From: Candidatus Bathyarchaeota archaeon
Lineage (GTDB): Archaea; Thermoproteota; Bathyarchaeia; Bathyarchaeales; Bathycorpusculaceae
DNA length: 64,000 nucleotides
Assembly: GCA_963715865.1 (NCBI GenBank)
Contig: OY970280.1
Span: 1,728,001-1,792,000 of the forward strand
Reading direction: 5' to 3'
The notes below the pieces were generated by a model, which worked only from the letters and a program-made list of their open reading frames with translations, made no database searches and was not told the origin of the DNA. The position numbers were made by a program, and so were the translations under genes. Of this stretch, positions 57,111-64,000 are shown one piece after another; position 1 is the stretch's first letter, and each line of letters begins with the position of its first letter.

Positions 57111-58162
57111 ATCGGATGGAAACCAGTACTCTTTAGCCCAGTTGTCTCATCTATGCCCATAAGTATGTTCATGCATTGGACTGCTTGACCTGAAGCGCCT
57201 TTAGTCATGTTGTCTAAGGCTGAGAAAAGCAAAAGCCGATTCGCATGCTCATCAATTTCAAAGCCGACATCACAGTAGTTTGTACCCATAGTCACTTTCG
57301 GGTCAGGCAACTGGTATGGACCCTTCTGGTATTTCACTAAACGTATGAAAGGTTCACTCCCATACTGTCCACGAAGAGCTTTCCAAATGTCCTTGCTGGT
57401 TATTGGCTGTTTGGGGAAAGTGTGAACAGTGGCAAGGATCCCGCGCACCATGTTAACGGCATGCGGAGTCAACGATACAGTAACAGGTTCGCTAGTTAAC
57501 GCGTTTAATTCTTGTTCTACTTCACCGATATGGCGGTGTCCCACTACCTTGTATGGTCGTACACCACTGAACCGTTCAGGATGATGTGAAGCGATGGAGA
57601 GTTTGCTTCCTGCACCTGATGAGCCGACTTTTAGATCGGAAATTATACGGTTTTTCTCGATAAACCCTGCTTTTATTATGGGGGCTAAGGCGTAAATTGT
57701 TGTTGCTGCCATGCAGCCTGGACAAGCGACGAGCTTAGCGTTTTTTATTTCTTCGCGATGAAGTTCGGGCAAGCCGTATGCTGCTTCTTTGAGCATTTCT
57801 GGGTGGGCATGTTTCCAACCATAGTAGGTTTCGTAGTCGGCTGGGTTTTTGAGGCGGAAGTCAGCGCTCATGTCGATTACTTTTAAGCCTGCATCTAAGA
57901 GTTTGGGGACTAAATTGACTGAGCCGCCGTGTGGAGTTGCGGTGAAGATTAAGTCGCAGTTTTTCTGCAACTCAGCCATATCTTGGGGAACAAATTTTAA
58001 TTGTGTCAAACCTCGCAGGTTCGGGTGTACGTTGAAGATGTATTCGCCTACGCTTTGGCGTGAAGTAACCATGGTTACCTCTGCTTGCGGGTGAAGAAGT
58101 AGGAGTCGCAGGAGTTCGCTGCCGACGTATCCTGAACCGCCAATTATTCCAATTCTCAACAT
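57107..58162 (-). CDS. lysY: [LysW]-aminoadipyl/glutamyl-phosphate reductase (LysY/ArgC)
   Basis: GGSGYVG.EL, ATPHG, D.SADFR, GSSGAG, HRH..E, DN..KGASGQAVQ. Confidence 0.95.
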   Translation of the reverse strand: MLRIGIIGGSGYVGSELLRLLLLHPQAEVTMVTSRQSVGEYIFNVHPNLRGLTQLKFVPQDMAELQKNCDLIFTATPHGGSVNLVPKLLDAGLKVIDMSADFRLKNPADYETYYGWKHAHPEMLKEAAYGLPELHREEIKNAKLVACPGCMAATTIYALAPIIKAGFIEKNRIISDLKVGSSGAGSKLSIASHHPERFSGVRPYKVVGHRHIGEVEQELNALTSEPVTVSLTPHAVNMVRGILATVHTFPKQPITSKDIWKALRGQYGSEPFIRLVKYQKGPYQLPDPKVTMGTNYCDVGFEIDEHANRLLLFSALDNMTKGASGQAVQCMNILMGIDETTGLKSTGFHPM

Positions 58163-58182
58163 TTCCGTTTTTCCTCGTTACT

Positions 58183-59367
58183 TTAATGGTCGATTAGGCT
58201 TTGGGCGCTTTTTAAGAGTGGAACCGCCACGTTAAAGCCTGTTGCGAGTCGAGTGTTCTCCCAGAATTCTGGGCAGGAATTCGACTCATGAAAGACTAAG
58301 GCGCTCTTATTTTTTTCTACGCTTTCTTCAATTATGTTTTTAATATTTTCGTAATGCTTACTGTTCACATAGCCGTGGAACGCTGTTTCTAATTTGCTGT
58401 TCCATGCTGGGAAGTCAGTTAGGCGTGTTTCATCCTGCTTAACTTTTTGAACAGGCACAAACGCTTGCGCTGCCTTATCAAGTTCAGCTTTAAGGTAAGC
58501 GTCGTCCACTGTCTTGTTTTCTTTAACGTTTACCATGGCATCTAAAGCTAAAATCCATGCTTCACTGCCTTTGCCAAGAGTTTTGCCACATTTCACCGCT
58601 AACTCCTGAACGCTTAGGGGTAATTTGGCGCCGAAAACCAAGTTGCCCAAGAAAGTGTTTGTTCTGAAATCCTTAAAGCCGGCTCTTGCCATTGCAATGT
58701 GATAGCAAGCGGGTTGTTTACCTTTCTCTTTGGAAACGATTATTCTTAAATCGTAAAACCATTTTTCGACTAATTCCTGCGCGACTATGCCGACAGGGTT
58801 AATTATTGAGGGTTTTGTTTCTTGGATGTTAGCGATTAGCTCTTCATGGTTTTTTGCAAGCATAATCATTTTGCCATGTGTCCCAGCGTCAGCTTTAATC
58901 ACTATGCCTTCCGAAAGGGGGATTTCTTGTTGAAATAGTTCTGCTATGTCTTTTTCGTTATGGATTTCTTGCCCATTTTTCATTGTGTCCGCTGAGTCGC
59001 AAGGGACGTAAACTGTTTTGGGAATCGGTATGCCTTCTTTCCAAAGATGCAGTAATGTACGTAGTTTGCTGTAGCAGACGAATTCGATTTGAGAAGAATT
59101 TAATGTTTTTTTGCCAAGCATTTCCATGATATATGAGGCTTGAAGGCGACGGTTTTTGCTTTGCGCACGATTAAGCACGACAGCGGTATCTTTGATTATG
59201 CTTGTGTAGTCTTTGCCTTTGGTTTTAGCGCTGAAACCATCTTTGGAAATAGATAAAGCGATTTTTCGGAATGGCAAAAAAGTTAAATCTATTCCCAATT
59301 GCTGTGCAGTTAGTTTTATTCCGTTTTCGTCGTTTTCAGACCGTTCATACAAAAGTGCTATGCTCAT
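58183..59367 (-). CDS. lysX: RimK/LysX/ArgX-like ATP-grasp ligase, atypically long
   Basis: NRAQS, N......C.SKL.T, IP.PKT, IK...G..G, QE, DLRI, FRTN, E.N..PEF. Located directly downstream of lysW. Confidence 0.8.
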   Translation of the reverse strand: MSIALLYERSENDENGIKLTAQQLGIDLTFLPFRKIALSISKDGFSAKTKGKDYTSIIKDTAVVLNRAQSKNRRLQASYIMEMLGKKTLNSSQIEFVCYSKLRTLLHLWKEGIPIPKTVYVPCDSADTMKNGQEIHNEKDIAELFQQEIPLSEGIVIKADAGTHGKMIMLAKNHEELIANIQETKPSIINPVGIVAQELVEKWFYDLRIIVSKEKGKQPACYHIAMARAGFKDFRTNTFLGNLVFGAKLPLSVQELAVKCGKTLGKGSEAWILALDAMVNVKENKTVDDAYLKAELDKAAQAFVPVQKVKQDETRLTDFPAWNSKLETAFHGYVNSKHYENIKNIIEESVEKNKSALVFHESNSCPEFWENTRLATGFNVAVPLLKSAQSLIDH

Positions 59368-59437
59368 CGCTTATCTGCTTCCATCAAAAATTTTTTTAAA
59401 AAACTGATTTAAATAAAGGCTTTTTAGTAAATACTGT

Positions 59438-59656
59438 TTATTCGCCCCAGTCTTCTCCTTCAATCGTTAATTCTTGAAGGTCTACGCATCCGCCTTTCAC
59501 TTGTTTAACTTCTAGTTCCAGTCCGCAGCCCGGGCAACTTAGGATTTCTCCTTTTTCTGTGTCTGCTGGAACATCAAGCTCTGCGTCGCAGTCAGGGCAT
59601 CTTGCCTTGTTTATAGCCTTCACCTCTTGAGGGTTTGAGTTTGCTTGTTTAATCAT
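59438..59656 (-). CDS. lysW: Amino-group carrier protein LysW/ArgW
   Basis: CPDC...CPGCG zinc ribbon and C-terminal EDWGE. Confidence 0.96.
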   Translation of the reverse strand: MIKQANSNPQEVKAINKARCPDCDAELDVPADTEKGEILSCPGCGLELEVKQVKGGCVDLQELTIEGEDWGE

Positions 59657-59916
59657 TTTTGTTCGTCACTTTATTATCTCTGGAAATGTCTTTTTCAATA
59701 AACCCGACTTTAATTTAAACGTTGTGACTTATTTGTTACAAGTCGGACTTTTAATGTTCCATTTGGTGCAGACATTTTAGCATGGTAAAAACAGCTGGCG
59801 GTAGTGGAAAACGCACAATAAACACGTAAGCACAACGAAATTCGCATCACACTTTAAATGTTAATAAGGGAAATCGTTAAATTTTTCCCACAGCAATAAT
59901 CATTCGGCGATAAAAA

Positions 59917-60327
59917 ATGGACGAGAAAGATAAGCAAATAATCGAAATCCTAAAAGATGACGGCAGAGCAGGCTACGGCGAAATAGGCGCTAAAATCGGA
60001 TTATCTGAAGGCGCTGTGCGGAAAAGAATCAAAACTTTAACCGACGAAGGAGTAATTCGCAAATTCACTGTTAAAATCAGCCTAGCAGAAGGCGCCCAAG
60101 CCATAACTTTGCTAACAGCAAACCCAGCCTTTCCAACTCAGGAAGTCTCCAAGAAAATCCAAACAATCCCAAACGTTGAAACAACCTATGAAGTCAGCGG
60201 CGAATATGACATCGTGGCAGTCATCAGCGGAATGAACATGACAGAAGTTAACGAGTGCATAGAGAAAATTCGCATGGTAGAAGGCATCGTGAAAACCAAC
60301 ACAATGATAGTCCTAAGAAGTTCATGA
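59917..60327 (+). CDS. Lrp/AsnC family regulator (LysM-like), divergent from lysW
   Basis: DEKD..II..L..DGR.....I...IGLSEGAVRKRIK.L...GVI, plus a RAM domain EVSGEYDI. Confidence 0.93.
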   Translation: MDEKDKQIIEILKDDGRAGYGEIGAKIGLSEGAVRKRIKTLTDEGVIRKFTVKISLAEGAQAITLLTANPAFPTQEVSKKIQTIPNVETTYEVSGEYDIVAVISGMNMTEVNECIEKIRMVEGIVKTNTMIVLRSS

Positions 60328-60556
60328 CATTTAACGTAGACTCAACCGCATCAGAATTGCTCTCACTTACTCTGTAGTTGCTTTATCAAGCTTCTGCCAC
60401 TTGCTGCCTAATTCTAAAGCAAATATCCTTCATAGTTTTGTAAATATAAATTGTGCCTTTTTGGCGTAGCCTGTTTAAGTGTTGCACAGATGCTCAAGAT
60501 ATATTATTAAGTCGTAATGTTTAATACACCAAGCATGACTACGTAACAATAACATA

Positions 60557-61044
60557 GTGACAAAATTGAACAACGGGAAAAAATCAGGGAAACTGCTCAT
60601 CGTTGCAAAGTACTAACAATAGTAGCATTAGCCTCAGTTCTAGTAGTCTTCGCTGCCATCCTCGGAACATTTCATGGAAGCTCAGTAACAGTAACCGATG
60701 TTGCACAAGGAACAGTCGAATACAGCCCTGACGGAAGCACGTGGGATACAAGCATGTCAGCATTCAATGTAAACGGCGGCTCGTGGTATGCGAGATTTGT
60801 TGTAAGCAGCACCACCTATATTGGAAGTGCAACTGTAACTTTCCAACTTGAAAAGCAAAACACAGATAGCTCATGGTCACCTACTGGCGCACCTGTAATA
60901 ATAAGCGATTTTGATTTAACTGGAGCAAGTCAAATTATCTATGCGTCAAACGACGGGCTTGTTACAAGCCAGAATCATGACTGGAGCGGCGACATCAGTA
61001 CTGGAGGAAACTACAGAATTACCGTAACTGTTGCTTCAGTGTAA
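60557..61044 (+). pseudogene. Secreted/pilin-like surface protein with an apparent 1-nt frameshift near 60608
   Basis: GTG start gives MTKLNNGKKSGKLLIVA. The hydrophobic VLTIVALASVLVVFAAILG and the rest of ORF 60754-61044 are in the next frame. Confidence 0.55.
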
Positions 61045-61089
61045 TATTGATGCTGAATCAACAAATTTTTTTAACAAATAACACCCAAT

Positions 61090-61686
61090 TTGCTTTCAGG
61101 GATACTCGTGATTCCATATGCAGACGAAATAGTCACCGCCATAACCATCATAGGAATCGGCGCAATTCTGGCTATTTACCTATCAATACTTAAAAAGAAC
61201 GGTTGGATAGGAAAACCTTCCAACTACAGATGCCCAAACCCTCAATGCCAAAAAATTTTCCAAACACCTTTAAAAGTCAAAGATTTTTCAAACAAAAAAA
61301 ATGTCCACCTCGCATGCCCTGAATGCGGATACGATTTAGGATCTTCAAATGACGAAACAATAAAGGAACTAAACATTGAGAACACGTCACAATCAAAAAT
61401 AAATCCAACCTCAGAACCAATTGAAACTAAAGTCTCAGTCACAACTAATGCCAACAAAGAACCTAAAGCAATCGAAAGCCCCTCTCCAACTATTGAACTA
61501 AAGGAAAGTACGAGTCTTCCAGAAACAAACCATAAACTAACCCCAAAACAAAAAACGGACAACTACAAAAAAGACAGGCCTACAGGATGTAACCATCATT
61601 TCGGTTACTTAGGGACTCTTCCAAAAGGTACAGAAACTCCGGATGAATGTTACTCTTGCGCCAGATTAATTGAATGTTTTAAATAA
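61090..61686 (+). CDS. Membrane-anchored protein with Zn-ribbon (CPNPQC...CPEC) and C-terminal C-x2-HFGYL...CxxC domain
   Basis: Cys motifs read from the translation, N-terminal TM helix. Confidence 0.75.
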   Translation: MLSGILVIPYADEIVTAITIIGIGAILAIYLSILKKNGWIGKPSNYRCPNPQCQKIFQTPLKVKDFSNKKNVHLACPECGYDLGSSNDETIKELNIENTSQSKINPTSEPIETKVSVTTNANKEPKAIESPSPTIELKESTSLPETNHKLTPKQKTDNYKKDRPTGCNHHFGYLGTLPKGTETPDECYSCARLIECFK

Positions 61687-61690
61687 CCAA

Positions 61691-61719
61691 TGGATTAAAT
61701 TTTAGTCCCAAACCCAAAC
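61691..61719 (+). repeat. Site A: GGATTAAATTTTAGTCC core plus CAAACCCAAAC
   Basis: Core at 61692-61708 is identical in sites B and C. Confidence 0.85.
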
Positions 61720-61720
61720 T

Positions 61721-61764
61721 ACGACTCTAACACTTACACACCAAACACTCACGACTCTAACACT
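61721..61764 (+). repeat. 14-bp direct repeat ACGACTCTAACACT x2 (30-bp period)
   Basis: Copies at 61721-61734 and 61751-61764, immediately after site A. Confidence 0.7.
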
Positions 61765-62315
61765 CACTACGCAAAACTACGCACGACCTTGAACCTAAGT
61801 CTTAAATCTGCATAACGGTAGAACTACATTCGCGCGCTGGCTTGTCCCGAAATTGAAAAGCTTATTTTGAGAAGAGGGGTCTCGTATCAAATGAGCGCGC
61901 GCGCTTAATTTTTCTAGGTGAAGCTACACCCAGACAGGTAATTTGCTCCTTTTTTCGTGCTTTGCTCATTTAACGATGCATTTTGGTACTGGAACAGCAG
62001 CACCATAAGATTTTTCTAGTGCTTTTCTGCATTTTTCAGCAAATTCATGGTTAAGATTTTGGGCATATTCTTGATTTATCATTTTATTCCTCGATAATTT
62101 TAACTCTCATTCGCCCAAAAGCACTCTGAATACTTGTGCTTAACTTCTGGGCCTTTCTGCCAAATCTTGTCATAACCTGCGATAAAGTCTTTGCTTGATG
62201 TTTTCCTCACTGTTATACCAACCAATAGTATTAACACTAAAGATTCAATATATAATCTTCATTACCAAATCAGAATATATCAAAAAACGATATGCCAGAA
62301 AAGAAGCGTGAATCG

Positions 62316-62351
62316 GTTTGGGTTTGGGGATTAAATTTTAGTCCAACCAAC
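62316..62351 (-). repeat. Site B: same core with inverted flanks (GTTTGGGTTTGG-core-AACCAAC)
   Basis: Core at 62328-62344. Flanks are reverse complements of the site C flanks. Confidence 0.85.
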
Positions 62352-62445
62352 GTACTTTTCCTTTAAGGAAAATAATATTGTAAGTTTACCGCATCATAAT
62401 CTAATTGAGAAAAGGTGTTAAGTAAAAAATTAGATTTACTATTTT

Positions 62446-62955
62446 TTAAGCAACGATTATGTAGTAGATGGACGAACAGCCTTCTGACGACAGAAGTCTG
62501 ATTTGATAAGTGTTACCAACTGTTATACCGCCTGTCAAAGTCAAAATCAAACTTATGTTAGAATTTGTTGGTATTGCTATGTCTTTTTCAAGGTTTAATG
62601 GATAGTCGTTGACATAGACATCAGTAATTGCAAGGTCAGATGAACCGCTGTTAAGGACTGAAACCAAGAATGTGCCTGCACTTGCATTTACTTGTACGTT
62701 TGTTATAGTTAACTTGTCAGTGTTAGGTGAGAGAGAAGGGCTGGGGATATTAACGCTATATGGCATAGGGGAAGGAGTAGCAGTAACAGAAGGCGTAGGA
62801 GAAGGAATAGTGCTGCTTAAAGTCTTGGGAGAGGGGCTGGCAACGGTGGTTGCATTTTGAGCGAAAGATTGGGATACCAACATACCCAATACTAAACTAT
62901 TCAAAATAACAGCAATCGTAATCAAAATGATTAAGGTCAGGTAATTTTTACTCAT
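62446..62955 (-). CDS. Secreted/surface protein with Pro/Ser/Thr linker and pilin/Ig-like C-terminal domain
   Basis: Signal-like N-terminus ending SFA-Q, SPT repeats, LTITNVQV...VLNSGS.DL.ITDVYVN. Confidence 0.7.
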   Translation of the reverse strand: MSKNYLTLIILITIAVILNSLVLGMLVSQSFAQNATTVASPSPKTLSSTIPSPTPSVTATPSPMPYSVNIPSPSLSPNTDKLTITNVQVNASAGTFLVSVLNSGSSDLAITDVYVNDYPLNLEKDIAIPTNSNISLILTLTGGITVGNTYQIRLLSSEGCSSIYYIIVA

Positions 62956-63300
62956 GTTCCTTACTCATCGAATCACTCTCGTTAATCCAACTGTTTATTA
63001 ATTATGAATTTAGAGTAATTACTCCTAATAACTAACGAAAATCGCAAGAACAATCTAAGAAAAAAATAGTGTTACATAAGTGATAAAACGGTAGTATTCT
63101 AAGAAAGATTTAATCATTATTTGAATTCTAATTCCTTACTTGATTACCGTATACTCGATTCCGACTATACCTATATACGTACCCTATATTGACTTGATTT
63201 CTAGGTACTAGCCTCTTTTCCTGCTATGGAACCTCTGTATATGCTGAATCCTGTATACTGCCTTGATTAAGTCTTTCCAGAAGGTCATGCTGAGTAGTTT

Positions 63301-63337
63301 TTGGTTGGTTGGATTAAATTTTAGTCCCAAACCCAAA
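63301..63337 (+). repeat. Site C: TTGGTTGGTT-core-CAAACCCAAA
   Basis: Core at 63311-63327. Confidence 0.85.
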
Positions 63338-63482
63338 TTTCCCTAAATACTTTGTATTTTACCATCCTTATGTTAGCATTACAGTTCTTGAATTTGTACA
63401 TGCGTTGAACAGAGAGCACAGAAAAAAAGAAACCAATAACATTTATTAATACTTACTACACCCTTTTATTGGGCTAAGAAAA

Positions 63483-64000
63483 ATGAATGAAAAGGTACAA
63501 GAAAGCGCCCAGTACTTGAAATGCTGCGCCAATCTAGAAATCGAAGCTTTTAGGCTTTATGAAACTTTTTCTAAGAAAATCAACCAGCCTGAAAACGGCT
63601 TTATCTTAGGTTTCGCTTATGACAGCCTAAAATGCGCCAAAATCATTCAAGGAATACTCGATTATGTAGATATGCCTGAAACAGAAAAAACGAGCCCCAA
63701 AAAGAACTTCTCAGAAGTAACCAACAGCGTTTCAGCCTTTACAAAAAAAATTTCTAAAATCAACAACGTAGACTACGAAATTTCCTGCGAAATACTAAAA
63801 GAACTCAGCAACCTAGAAGACCAACTCAGCGAGGCATACACGAATTACCTCCAATCTGGCGCAATTAAAACAATAGCCGACGAATTCTCAAAGCTAGCAA
63901 TAAACTTAACTAACTTCAAGAAACTGTTTGAAACCTTTATAGAACAAAAACAAAAACACAAAGAAACTATCCTCGAAATCATATGCTACTTTGAAACTAG
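63483..64000 (+). CDS. Helical hypothetical protein, possibly ferritin-like fold (partial, runs off window end)
   Basis: Manual translation MNEKVQESAQYLKCCANLEIEAFRLYETF... stays open to base 64000. Confidence 0.6.
   Translation, partial: MNEKVQESAQYLKCCANLEIEAFRLYETFSKKINQPENGFILGFAYDSLKCAKIIQGILDYVDMPETEKTSPKKNFSEVTNSVSAFTKKISKINNVDYEISCEILKELSNLEDQLSEAYTNYLQSGAIKTIADEFSKLAINLTNFKKLFETFIEQKQKHKETILEIICYFET

Noticed and set aside
602-62860. Numerous 60-270 aa ORFs antisense to or overlapping identified genes (e.g. 602-928, 25235-25837, 34546-35355, 46360-46929)
   Set aside because: Shadow ORFs of well-supported genes, with no motifs or independent SD signals.
61709-63337. CCCAAA/TTTGGG runs as telomeric repeats
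   Set aside because: Only two units per site, internal to the contig. Treated as flanks of the 17-bp site instead.

Overview
Archaeal chromosomal segment, most consistent with Bathyarchaeia (Thermoproteota/TACK). This is inferred from a eukaryote-like topoisomerase IB, a Cren7-like protein, two Alba genes, TBP, aRF1, Ftr and a LysW pathway. About 29.9-60.3 kb is largely intact core metabolism: aRF1, ftr, the methanogen-type homocysteine genes, carBA, argHG, thrB-thrC-hom-aspartokinase, and a LysW-dependent Arg/Lys operon with a divergent Lrp. Accessory DNA occurs in several patches. The most striking feature is at 3.5-13.0 kb, where an intact tRNA-Ala(TGC) is followed by four same-orientation copies of a tRNA-Ala 3' half. 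Three copies carry a shared ~35-40 bp non-tRNA upstream arm. These sites divide the region into integrase-less, cassette-like segments. The cargo includes a chromatin/transcription kit (Cren7-like, TBP, SSB, second Alba, winged-HTH), a glycosyltransferase/CBS module and a HicBA module. Other notable items are a frameshifted or split TopIB beside an HEXXH protease, a degenerate tRNA-Cys next to an HTH/PD-(D/E)XK fusion protein, two toxin-antitoxin clusters each bracketed by duplicated gene pieces, probable near-cognate start codons on argH (ACG) and argG (ATA), an ATP-grasp LysX/ArgX-like ligase with a large insertion, and three copies of a 17-bp quasi-palindrome with inverted flanks at 61.7-63.3 kb. 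No CRISPR array, rRNA or intact integrase/transposase was seen. All family assignments come from motif recognition by eye, not from database searches.
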